A stretch of 64,000 nucleotides of DNA from a virus (taxonomy: Duplodnaviria > Caudoviricetes), in IMG/VR virus record IMGVR_UViG_3300028596_000001. One strand, 5' to 3'. Under the pieces are notes generated by a model, which was not told where the DNA came from, ran no database searches, and was given only the letters and a program-made list of their open reading frames with translations. Below, piece after piece: positions 7,765 to 17,844 of the stretch (its first letter is position 1; each line of letters begins with the position of its first letter). Made by a program: the position numbers and the translations under genes.

Positions 7765-10700
7765 ATGTCTTACAAAACACGGGCCGTTACGGTGGGTAAT
7801 ACTCCAGTGGACTTTACCAAGGTCAAGAAAAGCTTTTCTAACCTGCCACCGGCTATTCAATCTACACTGCGCAACGCGGTTCCGCGTAACGGACTTACCC
7901 CAGATCGAGGAGACGTTGGCGGCACGGAGACAGTCAACCAGGCGAAGCTGCAACGCCTGAGCGACGTTATCAGTAACAACATCAATGCCGTGACTGACCT
8001 GCGTACCATCACTCCGTATGTTGATAAAGCGGAACTGATTTGGAACACGATCCTGCTTTACCCTAACGGTAAGCAGGACAAGATTTTGACGTACGACACG
8101 GTGTCTTCGCAGTTCAAGAACAATGCGCTACACCTTGAATTGCTTAAGGTTTGGGAAGAATACTTCACCAACGACTATAAGATCGAGGAAGATCTCAGCA
8201 AGATTATCAACGATATCTTGTGGAATACCGGCAGCTACGTACTCTTCAACTTGAGCCGTCCTGGTCTGGATTATTTGATCAACGGCAGCGAGTACGATCC
8301 AAAGAAAGCTCGGGAAGGTAACGAGGCGCACGACATGTACCGTCGTCGCTCTCTGGACGAGCTGAAGAAGGAGTTCGTTGAAGTCAATGGCAAGGTCAAG
8401 GTGAAGAACCTTGGCAAGTTCGTCAGAGACCCAAGCGGTAGTAACAAGAGCAGTGTTAGTGGTCTGGAGGCTATCCTCAGCAACAACATCTCTGACGCAG
8501 GTGTAGAGTTCAACCTGTTCGGTAATGACGTCGACCCTAATGGCGACTTCTGCGTTACTATTACCGACAACCCGGCGTGCCTGTACTTCCAGAAGTTCCG
8601 TGACAACAACCGCCTGTCCAACGCTAACGCGGTGATGGGTGTTGAAAGCATGGACTTGATGGTAGACCAGGTACTCAATGAACCTGAGAAGCTGCGGGAT
8701 CCGATCGAGGATAGCGACACCCGGGTCAAGAAGTCGAAGAAGGCTGACAAGTCTGAAGCTACTACCCAGAACCTGGATGAGCATCAGATCGCTGCTGCTG
8801 CTCGGGAGATCTACAAGGCCCGGAACATCCACAGTCAGCAAATGCAGTTCGTTAAGCCGATTGACACCCTGTCCGTTGCTCCTTACGGTCGTGGTCTCAC
8901 GTGGCACATTCCAAGTGAAGCGGTAATCCCAATTCACTACAACGGTCAGAACAAACGCCAGGGCGACTTCATCTTCCTGCTCGATCCTGAGGAAGGTACT
9001 TTCCTCAAGAACACCGCTGACCCGGAATACTACCAGTCGGTTAACAAGAACAAGTCTGGTATCACCAACAAGAACAAGTCGGGTAGCGAGAACTCCCTGA
9101 TCAGTTCCTTGCGCGTGATCCAGGAAGGTAAGGAATGTGAATTCGACATGTCCGAATTCGTAGACCTAGCCAAAGCTAGTATCATCAAGCAGTTCACTTC
9201 CTCTGTGCTGAGCGACAAAGCTGAGAACATCAGTATCACCATTGACGAAGAGACCAACAAGATCTTCTTGTCCCGTCTGTTCCGTCGTCAGGGTGTACGT
9301 TGCCTGTATGTTCCTGGTGAAGCTGTTACCTACATGGCTTTGAAGTATAGCCGTTTGGGTACCGGTCAGTCCCTCACTCAATTGGCCAAGATGCACATCG
9401 CACGTCTGGCAGCATATGACGTAGCGGATGCTCTGGCTAACCTGGAAGCTGCTCAGCCACATACACTGATGACGCTTACCCACGGTAAGGAAGACGGGGA
9501 TCCGAACAACACTGTCGCTATTGCACGGGCAGCGTTCTACGATCAGAACCCTAAGCTGCACAGTATGCTGTCCAGTGCTCAGTTGTCGGTACCGATGATT
9601 GTAGACTCCCTGCGGGACTCCTCGTTGACCGTTAAGATCAACGCCGGGGATAACCCACTGGTAGCTGCACCAGAGATCGACATGCAACAGATGCAGAAGA
9701 ACTTCTTCCGCCCTGTGGACGATCAGTCTCGTCAGAAGGTAATGAATGACATCGCCAACTACTTCTTCACTCCTCGGAGCTGGCTGGACGTTAGTGATGA
9801 CACGAACAACTTCAAGATCGAGGCGATCACTGAACACGAGATGGTGACCAACCAGGCGGTTAACTGGCAGGCTAGTCTCAGTAACTTCATCGTGGACTTC
9901 GAGAAGAAACATGCTCGGGTAAACGGTCCTTTGATGACTCGGTTGATCAAAACGATCGCTGATAACAAGAAGTACTGGAAACCTGACAACAGTAAGGAAA
10001 AGATCGAGGGTGATGACTCTTCCGTGATCAAGATCTTGCTGGCTGACTTCTTTACTGGCATCAACGTTAGCTTCCCACAACCGTCCAACATTGAGACCAC
10101 TGATAAGCTGAAGAACCAGCTCGACGCGATCGATTCGTTGGTACAGAAGTGGATGGAGATCGCCAGTAGTTCTGAAGTGCTTAAATCGGTTGCTACTTCG
10201 TTGGGTCTGTCTAGCGACGTTGCCAACGGTGAAGAAGTTATCAAGCACGTCAAGGCGTTCTTCTACGCTGAAGCCTTCAAACGCTACAACGTTCCTATGC
10301 CATTCGACGAGATCGTCAATGATGGTAAAGGTGGTGGTATTGCTTCTCTGGTACACGGTATCGTGCATCAACAGATCAACGCACAAGAGTTCTACGTGCA
10401 GTACGTCACTGAGAAGCATAAAGCTACTCAGGCATTCCTCAAGTCCAACAAGAGCAAGCTGGAGAAGCTCCTACAAGAAGTACAGGAAGCTGCTCCGGGT
10501 GCTGAGTTGGGTGACGACGGTCTGCCAGTCGGTGGGGTTGATGACGGCACTGGTGTAGACGCTGGTGCGGAAGGCGGCGATGAGGGTGGTGGTTACAACC
10601 CATTCGGTGGTGACGCAGACGCCGGTACCGATGACGGTACTACTGGTCCTGACGACACCCCGGCTCCTGATGAGGACACGGCTCCTACAGAAGACGCTGG

Positions 10701-10833
10701 TACTGAACCGGCTGCTACTGAAGAAACCGAAGAATCAGAAGAAACTGAACCGGACGCAACGGAAGATAGCACTAAAGGTAGCAAAGATCCAAGCTCTCCT
10801 AACTACGATCCGTTCACTGGCGGTAAGGCGTAA
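7765..10833 (+). CDS. Portal protein (phiKZ gp129-like), 1022 aa with acidic C-terminal tail
   Basis: Size, helical composition and position divergent from the baseplate gene match phiKZ-like synteny; several G-x-E sites (EGNEA, SGLEA, AGVEF, MGVES) in the N-terminal third; AAAGGA SD. Confidence 0.7.
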   Translation: MSYKTRAVTVGNTPVDFTKVKKSFSNLPPAIQSTLRNAVPRNGLTPDRGDVGGTETVNQAKLQRLSDVISNNINAVTDLRTITPYVDKAELIWNTILLYPNGKQDKILTYDTVSSQFKNNALHLELLKVWEEYFTNDYKIEEDLSKIINDILWNTGSYVLFNLSRPGLDYLINGSEYDPKKAREGNEAHDMYRRRSLDELKKEFVEVNGKVKVKNLGKFVRDPSGSNKSSVSGLEAILSNNISDAGVEFNLFGNDVDPNGDFCVTITDNPACLYFQKFRDNNRLSNANAVMGVESMDLMVDQVLNEPEKLRDPIEDSDTRVKKSKKADKSEATTQNLDEHQIAAAAREIYKARNIHSQQMQFVKPIDTLSVAPYGRGLTWHIPSEAVIPIHYNGQNKRQGDFIFLLDPEEGTFLKNTADPEYYQSVNKNKSGITNKNKSGSENSLISSLRVIQEGKECEFDMSEFVDLAKASIIKQFTSSVLSDKAENISITIDEETNKIFLSRLFRRQGVRCLYVPGEAVTYMALKYSRLGTGQSLTQLAKMHIARLAAYDVADALANLEAAQPHTLMTLTHGKEDGDPNNTVAIARAAFYDQNPKLHSMLSSAQLSVPMIVDSLRDSSLTVKINAGDNPLVAAPEIDMQQMQKNFFRPVDDQSRQKVMNDIANYFFTPRSWLDVSDDTNNFKIEAITEHEMVTNQAVNWQASLSNFIVDFEKKHARVNGPLMTRLIKTIADNKKYWKPDNSKEKIEGDDSSVIKILLADFFTGINVSFPQPSNIETTDKLKNQLDAIDSLVQKWMEIASSSEVLKSVATSLGLSSDVANGEEVIKHVKAFFYAEAFKRYNVPMPFDEIVNDGKGGGIASLVHGIVHQQINAQEFYVQYVTEKHKATQAFLKSNKSKLEKLLQEVQEAAPGAELGDDGLPVGGVDDGTGVDAGAEGGDEGGGYNPFGGDADAGTDDGTTGPDDTPAPDEDTAPTEDAGTEPAATEETEESEETEPDATEDSTKGSKDPSSPNYDPFTGGKA

Positions 10834-10857
10834 AGCAAAAAAAAGAAACAAGACTAC

Positions 10858-10890
10858 TAACCCCTACCCACCATTGGTGGGTAGGGGTTA
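10858..10890. terminator. 15-bp bidirectional hairpin terminator
   Basis: TAACCCCTACCCACC-ATT-GGTGGGTAGGGGTTA; on the minus strand followed by the U-rich tract opposite A8 at 10837-10844. Confidence 0.85.
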
Positions 10891-10897
10891 TGTCTGC

Positions 10898-11275
10898 TTA
10901 GGCTTTAGGTTTGAAGAAACTCACGCTATCGATAACTTTTTCCTGCCTGTCGTTGACAAGAGTTACCATGACCTGGAACTTGTCGCACATGATCCGCTCA
11001 CCTACCAGATCATTGCTCATCTCCAAGCGAATGAACACTTTGTCAGAGAAGACTTTATCACTATCATGGGCCAGTACTTCCAGCAGCATGGTCGTGATAC
11101 GGTGGATCAGGTTAGGCATGCGCAGCAGTGGCTTTGGCCAATTACCGCTACGGCGGATCTTGGCGAACAGATCAATGATCGCTTGTGGATCTACGTGGGC
11201 TGGTACGTCATCAACCGGTCCGCGAAATACTTCAGAGGCTTTTAGTACCGCGGGAAACTGATTAGCTGTAGTCAT
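10898..11275 (-). CDS. Hypothetical protein (125 aa)
   Basis: AAGGAAG SD, fills the gap before the terminator. Confidence 0.65.
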   Translation of the reverse strand: MTTANQFPAVLKASEVFRGPVDDVPAHVDPQAIIDLFAKIRRSGNWPKPLLRMPNLIHRITTMLLEVLAHDSDKVFSDKVFIRLEMSNDLVGERIMCDKFQVMVTLVNDRQEKVIDSVSFFKPKA

Positions 11276-11290
11276 AGCTTTCTTCCTTTA

Positions 11291-11794
11291 TTAGTAAGCG
11301 ACATGTTGATTGTAATAAACCATCCAGTCCACACCACGTACCTGGACGCACATACCTTCTTTAACTCCGTAAGGACCTTCATGGAGTAGTAGGAGGAGTT
11401 CATACTGGAAGCGACCAGAAATATAAAGGTCACGTTCCATCAAAGCTAACACTACTTCTCGAGCTATCTCCATAGGTTTACGCCTGAGTGCTTTATTACC
11501 TCTGTGCAAGAACGGCTCAAGCTCGCGTTCAATCGAGTTAAGAAGACTCACCCCACCTTCGAACCGGCCGAGCGCATTCAGATCCAGTATGATGTGATGC
11601 GGGAGTTCTGGTTTAAGCGCAGGACCAGCAATAGGGGTGGTGCGTAGGCGGTGTTGCAAGTACTTCTTGAGATGTCCGCCAGAAGGCCTTGGTTTGTCTT
11701 TAGAGGTCGTTGTGTCGTAGACGTTGTAGTACGTCAACAGATTAGCCAACTCTGGCAGGGAGAGCTTATCGAGGTCTTTATCGGTAACTGACAT
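11291..11794 (-). CDS. Hypothetical protein (167 aa)
   Basis: AAGGAG SD before ATG 11794. Confidence 0.7.
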   Translation of the reverse strand: MSVTDKDLDKLSLPELANLLTYYNVYDTTTSKDKPRPSGGHLKKYLQHRLRTTPIAGPALKPELPHHIILDLNALGRFEGGVSLLNSIERELEPFLHRGNKALRRKPMEIAREVVLALMERDLYISGRFQYELLLLLHEGPYGVKEGMCVQVRGVDWMVYYNQHVAY

Positions 11795-11821
11795 TACAAC
11801 TCCTTCTTCGACAAAAAAGAA

Positions 11822-11838
11822 AGGCCCACGAGGGGCCT
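11822..11838 (-). terminator. Intrinsic terminator
   Basis: AGGCCC/GGGCCT stem followed on the minus strand by TTTCTTTTTT. Confidence 0.7.
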
Positions 11839-11866
11839 AAAGGGGAAACAGCAGTCAGCTGTTAGG

Positions 11867-12328
11867 TTAAGCTTGTTTACGCGCTTGGTATTCAGCGTTC
11901 CAGGCGTCGTGCTTTTCTTTAGCAGTAGCTTGCATCTCGGCTACCTTCTCCATCGAAACCAGATCGGTTTCTTTCAGCTGGCTATCAACCAGGTAATGGA
12001 CGTTAGCCAGGAAGGAGCTGCAGAACAGATTGCCGGTTTGAGATTCGTTGTAGTTCAGGATGGCTTGGTCCATGGTGTTATCGAATACTTCGACGCAACC
12101 ACCGACGCTGTCACGGGAGATGTGAGCTTTGCCGTCTTTACCGAGGTACAGCAGGTTCAGCGAGAAGTACTTAGCTTGAACCAGAGCTACTGGAACCAGG
12201 TGATCACCTTTTACCAGAGTGGCGATGCCGTACACAGCGCGCTCGCCAGCGCCACGGTGATCATCTACTACTACACCGTTGTTAGCGTTAACAGCAGCAA
12301 CAACAGCAGCGAAAGTTTGCATAGTCAT
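11867..12328 (-). CDS. Hypothetical protein (153 aa), stand-alone, probably early gene
   Basis: ATG 12328 with AAGGA SD; own upstream AT-rich region and downstream terminator; strongly biased codons. Confidence 0.75.
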   Translation of the reverse strand: MTMQTFAAVVAAVNANNGVVVDDHRGAGERAVYGIATLVKGDHLVPVALVQAKYFSLNLLYLGKDGKAHISRDSVGGCVEVFDNTMDQAILNYNESQTGNLFCSSFLANVHYLVDSQLKETDLVSMEKVAEMQATAKEKHDAWNAEYQARKQA

Positions 12329-12396
12329 GGTGAGATCCTTTTTACTATAAAGAGAATATAGCAATTCAAATGAATTACTGTTCTTGATTCACCCTA

Positions 12397-12413
12397 GTTA
12401 TATAGACCTGAGA
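12397..12413 (-). promoter_or_regulatory. Degenerate copy of putative phage promoter motif (TCTCAGGTCTATATAAC)
   Basis: Differs from the motif at 62825 mainly by transitions; lies between a terminator and a gene start. Confidence 0.35.
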
Positions 12414-12444
12414 TCCCGTAGAAATTAAAAATACAGCATAGCTA

Positions 12445-12472
12445 CCCTACCTACCCGAAAGGGTAGGTAGGG
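12445..12472 (-). terminator. 12-bp hairpin terminator after the nvRNAP operon
   Basis: CCCTACCTACCC-GAAA-GGGTAGGTAGGG; T-rich tract follows on the minus strand. Confidence 0.8.
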
Positions 12473-12507
12473 ACTATAACTAAACTAATTGCGCAATTAA
12501 CTCAGCC

Positions 12508-14886
12508 TCAATTGAGACCCAGCAGCACCAGCGCTTTCTGAGTGTCAACATGACGCAACGTGGCCACGTTACGATCACCGAGGGTATAGCTGAACAGCCA
12601 GACGTTGTTCGAACCACTGAAGCGGATCAGCTTATCACGGTAGATCTCATCTTGCAGAACATCTTGGTCCTGGTCTTCCACGACGATTTCCATCAGACGG
12701 AAGATTTCAGGGAAGGTGCTGCGCTTGATGTATTGCGGTACGTTGACTTCTTCGTAGTACGGACCTTTGTTGCCTACGACGTTAGCCATGTAGAAGCTAC
12801 GGATGACGTACAGGTTGACGTCGTCTTTCAGCTTGTCCAGAGCGCCCATCTCTTCACGAGGAACCAGATGCGGGTTGGCCTTGTGGAAGAGTTGCAGATG
12901 GCGGTTCAGGTAGCTGTCAGGTTTGATACCGACGAAGACGTTGAACGCGGTCTCGTCATTCTTGTGCAGCTCGTTGTACAGGTCGTCGATGTCAGCAGCC
13001 AGGTTATCGATCTGGAGCTTACCACCACCGCCTTTACCGTCTACCACGTTGTAGCCGCACTCGTTGGCCAGCCACTGGTTGCAGATCTCGGTCAGGCGAC
13101 CGTTGATGAAAGTGCACAGGCCGTTGTCCAGGACACCTTCGCGGAACAGATTTTTCAACTTCTTGGCAGCTTCATAGAAGCTTGGACGGTCAGCTACGGT
13201 CAGCTGGCTGTCGGCGAAGACGAACGGAGCGTCCAGGAACAGACGTTCTTTATCTTCGGCAGAGGCACACTCGTAAGTGTTCCACTCGGTTAGGTTGTCG
13301 AAGACTGCGGCGGAGGTATCTTTGAACTTGCTGGTGACACGGCTGGTGATCAGATTAACGTTGTTGATGATGGCAACCGATTCTTTCTCAACGATTGGCT
13401 CGTCGATAACAATCGCAGGGATGCCTTCACCGAGGGCCTTGACGCTTTCAACTGGAACTTCCAGCTTGTCATCTTTGGCCACTTCAGCGAGTGGAGCAGC
13501 GATGACCATGTAGGCGTCGTTGTCGTTATCTGGCTTGTCCAGCAGCGGCAGCAGCAGAGCTGGGTTGGTAAGTACTCTTGTCACATCGAGATTCTCAGCA
13601 CGAACTACATGACTGAACCACCCGTTGTCTGCCTGCAGATCGATTACCACGATACGGAAGCAGCCGTGCATCAGAGCTTCCTCTTGACGCATTTCCGGGT
13701 GACGTTGGAAGACGCGTTGGATTTGACGCCAATCGCTTTCTGGAATGAAGTAGTGGTTCGGACGACCGGTCGGACGGAAGTAGCGAGGAAGATCGAACTC
13801 CCGCATGTTGTTCCGGTCTAGGTTTTGCAAATCGTTACGGATAGTACCCCAAGTCATACCCACCTCGTTAGAAACATTATGGTTAGCGGCCGGTTTACGC
13901 GGCGGCTCCTGGTTAACTTTGTAACCATGATAAGCTGCAGCGTTACGTTTGATCATCGCCGTAAGACTGTTATGGTCTTCGGTTTGGTAGACTTCAGTCC
14001 GCGCCTGCTGCGGAACAAAGCCCAGGTATTCCGCATAGTTGTTCGGGTCATAGACTCGAGCATACTCCACGGGTGTGCTGATGTGGCTTACAAAGTTCAA
14101 GTTGGCATAAGGGAATGGTGCGTCGAAGGTTTCCCACATCTTCGAGAACTGTTCCTTAATGCCGTCAAGGTTTGCCAACTGCTGTTCTAGCGTTTTCGGG
14201 AGTCGATGGTTAAACGACAAACCCTTCTTCGTGTTGAACAACCAGTTAAGCAATTCCAGGAACAACACGTGATAGCAAGCGAGTTGAACTGCGTTGTTGA
14301 AATCCTGCTCAGTCCACTGCTCTTTATTACTGCGGCGCATTTCTTCGATCAGCAGATAACCGAAGATCACAGTACCCTGCATAGCGATAGTGTGATGGAA
14401 CGTCGCGATCTTGTTAACGTCAGCAATGAACTCTTTCTTCAGCGGGCAGGGATACCCAGTTTGCTGATCCAGTACGAACTGTTCTTTAACTTGCTGATAG
14501 TTCTTGTAGAACACTGCAGTCTCGCGACGGCTCATGTAGTACAGGAACTTTACCATGGGCTCTTCGACCTTACCGATATAGTACTCGATAGTGTCGGAGT
14601 CAACAGCCCCGCTACCTTCTAGCATCCCTGCTAGTACATCGTTATGCTCCACGCCACCGTTGTGGGTCTTCCAGTTGAAGCCGGTGGGTGATGCGCCGGT
14701 AGTACTCATACCACCAGCGAGCAAACCTTTAATAGTGTTGCCTGGGATCAGCGCTGCCGCGTTACCCATTTGAGGACTTAAGTTAACACCGCCCACACCG
14801 CGGTGCTGCATTCCTGCTGGCGGGGCTACGTCCAGATTGATACTGCCAGGACGCATGCCACTTGTCGGGCGTAGGGAATCACTCAT
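12508..14886 (-). CDS. Conserved hypothetical protein (792 aa) translationally coupled to the nvRNAP subunit
   Basis: ATGA overlap with 14883; G/P/M-rich disordered N-terminus followed by a globular body. Confidence 0.75.
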   Translation of the reverse strand: MSDSLRPTSGMRPGSINLDVAPPAGMQHRGVGGVNLSPQMGNAAALIPGNTIKGLLAGGMSTTGASPTGFNWKTHNGGVEHNDVLAGMLEGSGAVDSDTIEYYIGKVEEPMVKFLYYMSRRETAVFYKNYQQVKEQFVLDQQTGYPCPLKKEFIADVNKIATFHHTIAMQGTVIFGYLLIEEMRRSNKEQWTEQDFNNAVQLACYHVLFLELLNWLFNTKKGLSFNHRLPKTLEQQLANLDGIKEQFSKMWETFDAPFPYANLNFVSHISTPVEYARVYDPNNYAEYLGFVPQQARTEVYQTEDHNSLTAMIKRNAAAYHGYKVNQEPPRKPAANHNVSNEVGMTWGTIRNDLQNLDRNNMREFDLPRYFRPTGRPNHYFIPESDWRQIQRVFQRHPEMRQEEALMHGCFRIVVIDLQADNGWFSHVVRAENLDVTRVLTNPALLLPLLDKPDNDNDAYMVIAAPLAEVAKDDKLEVPVESVKALGEGIPAIVIDEPIVEKESVAIINNVNLITSRVTSKFKDTSAAVFDNLTEWNTYECASAEDKERLFLDAPFVFADSQLTVADRPSFYEAAKKLKNLFREGVLDNGLCTFINGRLTEICNQWLANECGYNVVDGKGGGGKLQIDNLAADIDDLYNELHKNDETAFNVFVGIKPDSYLNRHLQLFHKANPHLVPREEMGALDKLKDDVNLYVIRSFYMANVVGNKGPYYEEVNVPQYIKRSTFPEIFRLMEIVVEDQDQDVLQDEIYRDKLIRFSGSNNVWLFSYTLGDRNVATLRHVDTQKALVLLGLN

Positions 14887-16541
14887 ACTTTACTTTCTCT
14901 AAATCTGAGTCGTCGTTCTGATTTTTCGTACAGCTCCTTGAATTGAGGGTCCAGGGCTGTTACTTTGTCGTTGATCAGATAGACACATGGTAGTAGGTAA
15001 GCACGTCCGTCAGGTCCCGGAGAGGACACTCGAAGATGGCTGTTAACAAACAGCTGCGAAGTGTGGATGTGAGTTGAACTGTCGTTCGCGTCAAAGTCAC
15101 CCTTCTTCTTATTCTTGGACGAACTGGTGAACACTTTATCCTGCGGCATACATCCCAACATGTAATCGACGAAGGGTACGTCAGTCGGGGTGGCTTCCTG
15201 GATCAGGTTAGTGGTTCGTGCGTTGTCGATTTCTTTTACATGGAAACGACTATTAAGGAAACGCGATACCTTTTTCTGACTCAGTTCCGAGTTATTCTTG
15301 ATATCGTGCTTGAAGTTGTTCGCCGCGGTGATGAGTTTATCCATCGTGAATTCGAGGCTAGCAAGTTCTTTGTGGAACATAGTCGCACGGTCTGTCGTCT
15401 GAACGATCTCACTACGATTGGTGATAATGTAGTTAAAGAGATCGAAGATGTCGGACGCTACGATGTTCTGGGCTGCGAACTTCTTAATGGAGTCCTCATC
15501 CAGGTAATCGTTGATGGAATCGAAGTGATCGTACATCAAACGCATGATGTACTCATTGGAGTCACCACTCTTAACCGAAGTACGTCCGATTAAAAGCTTC
15601 CAATAATCAGGATCGTCGATCCGATCGATGTCAAAGTAGCTCGACATGCAATCAATTACAAACTGCAAAGATGCAGCATACTGCAAACCCAAAGTGTTCA
15701 GGGTCTTACGCTTACTCGATTTGTTTCGAATAGCGATACCCAGATCTTGGTTTACATATTCACCCAGGAATTTCGGGTTAGGGGATTTCGACCGCGTAAT
15801 GATTTCCCAACGGTCCTCGGCTTTGCACTCATCAATGAGCACGTCAACCGGACCCAGTTCATACTCACATTCCCCGAACTTCTCCATGGCCTTGGTAAAG
15901 CCCATGTTGGCAAACACGTACCAAGCCAGCAGCGGAATAGGAACGTTCTTGCTGGTGATTTTCCGGGAGTCTGTGGGGCTGTAGAACCGGTTACTGGCCA
16001 AGTTGATACTGGCCGTACTCGTCATTACCTGTCCACCGTGGTTGAACACGTAATCGTAGTTGTAATGTTCAATACCAATCTTGAACTTAAACCCGAGCAC
16101 TTTCACGAACAGAGAGTTTTCTTTGGTAACTGGTAACCCTCGTTCGGCTAGGACGATTTGCAAACTGTAGTGCACACCACGCAACCAAATGTCCCCATAC
16201 TTGTCACAGTACGGCAACATGGTGTAAGCATGCATCTTGATCATCTGGCCAGATTTGTCCCGATACTCAAAATTCAGCTTCACCGGATAAATGGTTTCCT
16301 TATGGATATCATAAATCTTGGTGCTGGAGTTGATCAAATACTCGATGTACTCACGGGGAGACACACGCTTTACATCTATGAAAAATACGCCTCTCTTCTC
16401 AATACTCTTGAAGATAATCCTGAGCGCATTATCGTAGTAGCGCAGGGCTCCCTCAAACTCCTTGAGGTGAAAACCCTCCGTGATAGTTTGATTGAACTTA
16501 GGCTGCCTTTCTTTAATACGCTCGGCGAGTAGGTGAAACAT
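14883..16541 (-). CDS. rpoB: Non-virion RNA polymerase beta subunit, N-terminal part (phiKZ gp123-like)
   Basis: Beta-like motifs LPYCDKYGDIWLRGVHY...VLAERG and C-terminal HTSQLFV...SSPGPDGRAYL; two genes downstream of the MCP as in phiKZ. Confidence 0.8.
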   Translation of the reverse strand: MFHLLAERIKERQPKFNQTITEGFHLKEFEGALRYYDNALRIIFKSIEKRGVFFIDVKRVSPREYIEYLINSSTKIYDIHKETIYPVKLNFEYRDKSGQMIKMHAYTMLPYCDKYGDIWLRGVHYSLQIVLAERGLPVTKENSLFVKVLGFKFKIGIEHYNYDYVFNHGGQVMTSTASINLASNRFYSPTDSRKITSKNVPIPLLAWYVFANMGFTKAMEKFGECEYELGPVDVLIDECKAEDRWEIITRSKSPNPKFLGEYVNQDLGIAIRNKSSKRKTLNTLGLQYAASLQFVIDCMSSYFDIDRIDDPDYWKLLIGRTSVKSGDSNEYIMRLMYDHFDSINDYLDEDSIKKFAAQNIVASDIFDLFNYIITNRSEIVQTTDRATMFHKELASLEFTMDKLITAANNFKHDIKNNSELSQKKVSRFLNSRFHVKEIDNARTTNLIQEATPTDVPFVDYMLGCMPQDKVFTSSSKNKKKGDFDANDSSTHIHTSQLFVNSHLRVSSPGPDGRAYLLPCVYLINDKVTALDPQFKELYEKSERRLRFRESKV

Positions 16542-16567
16542 CCTGGTATCCCCAAAAGTGTTGTGCT

Positions 16568-17698
16568 TTATGACCAGAAGAATCTAAATCCTGCTAGACA
16601 AATGCCGACAGTTGCTCCGACTGTTTTCAGCGCGTCTGATACCCAGGACAAAATACTTCTTTGCTTTGCTTGCTCCAGCGCGTGTTTGTCACGCGTTTCT
16701 TTCCTACGCATTTCCGCCTTTACACGGGCGATTTCTTCTTTGTTGCTATGGTCAGATCGGGCATGCTTGTCTTCAGCTGCCTTTATATCTTGTTTTAACC
16801 GAGCTAGATCCATCGCATGAGATTGCTTCATATGAGTAATCTGTAGTGATAAATCGCTTACCTGGTCTTCCGCTTTCTCTAGTCGGATAGTAGAATCCCT
16901 CAGCAGTTTCTTTTTATCATCCAGCTCTTTGGAGATATCTTTGACCCTGCTCTCAGCTTCGAGATACCTTTCGGTATTACCATATTTCATGGCGTCCGCT
17001 TTCGAGGTGAAGATTCCGAGACTATCTAACAAGTCATCAGTCATGTTATCAAAACTGTAGAATAGCAGTTCAGGTAGCTTTTCACCAATGGAAATGCCTA
17101 TATACAATCCGGCACTATCCTGCTCGTTTTGCACCACTGGCACTTCAGTGGCACGACCGGCAACGTTTACGTAGAAGGGTTTTTGCGTCCGACGGGGATC
17201 AACCACATAAGCACAATAGTGGATGGCGAACCGTGGATTATTGCGTTGGAGTTGAGCAATTGAATCCGCAAGGTTAGTAGTAGGGACGTTGAGCGCGTCC
17301 TTGTTCTTGTGGCCAGAACCAGGATAAATAGTCAGGCCGAGCATCTCACTGTGGATGGCTGTGGTGTCATCTGCGAACCTAGCCCCCAAAGTAATCTTTA
17401 CCGACACCGTGTCATTGAGTGTCCGGAAATAAGTTGCTTCACTATTCTTGAGACGTTCTACTTCCTCCTTTAACCGATCCATGATTTCCCTGTCCAGTTT
17501 GGTCAAGGCGTGGCTTGGATCGATGTGGATAGTTTCGAGATTGATGTTAACCAGTTTGACTACTAGGTACTTGTCTTTCTCGAAGGTGGGCTCATCACGT
17601 TTACGAACAATGCAACGCAACCCACCTTTATGTACTACAACGAGGTCACAGTCAGTGCCCCCGTTAATAATCTCGCGTTCCAGCTTGAAAGAATTCAT
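16568..17698 (-). CDS. Coiled-coil protein with C-terminal hydrophobic anchor (376 aa)
   Basis: Likely ATG 17698; heptad-rich segment in the C-terminal third; ends WVSDALKTVGATVGICLAGFRFFWS. Confidence 0.7.
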   Translation of the reverse strand: MNSFKLEREIINGGTDCDLVVVHKGGLRCIVRKRDEPTFEKDKYLVVKLVNINLETIHIDPSHALTKLDREIMDRLKEEVERLKNSEATYFRTLNDTVSVKITLGARFADDTTAIHSEMLGLTIYPGSGHKNKDALNVPTTNLADSIAQLQRNNPRFAIHYCAYVVDPRRTQKPFYVNVAGRATEVPVVQNEQDSAGLYIGISIGEKLPELLFYSFDNMTDDLLDSLGIFTSKADAMKYGNTERYLEAESRVKDISKELDDKKKLLRDSTIRLEKAEDQVSDLSLQITHMKQSHAMDLARLKQDIKAAEDKHARSDHSNKEEIARVKAEMRRKETRDKHALEQAKQRSILSWVSDALKTVGATVGICLAGFRFFWS

Positions 17699-17732
17699 AT
17701 TCCAAACCACCATAATTAGTTTCTCTAACCTA

Positions 17733-17749
17733 ATAATTTAGGTTTGAAA
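17733..17749 (-). promoter_or_regulatory. Putative phage early promoter motif TTTCAAACCTAAATTAT
   Basis: 14/17 identical to the motif at 62825-62841; both lie 34-36 nt before an ATG heading an nvRNAP operon. Confidence 0.55.
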
Positions 17750-17776
17750 TATTCCATTGCGAAAAAAAAAACCTCC

Positions 17777-17812
17777 CCCTACCCTATCCCCGGTTAGGAG
17801 GATAGGGTAGGG
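17777..17812 (-). terminator. Terminator of the major capsid transcript
   Basis: 13-bp stem CCCTACCCTATCC/GGATAGGGTAGGG followed on the minus strand by T10. Confidence 0.9.
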
Positions 17813-17844
17813 AGAAGTCTTCACAATGCCAAACGGGTTAAGCC

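Noticed and set aside
10190-11245. Alternative-frame ORFs across the portal tail (10190-10558, 10565-11245)
   Set aside because: By-products of low-complexity GC-rich codons; 10565-11245 runs through a terminator and opposes a real gene. No slippery site seen.
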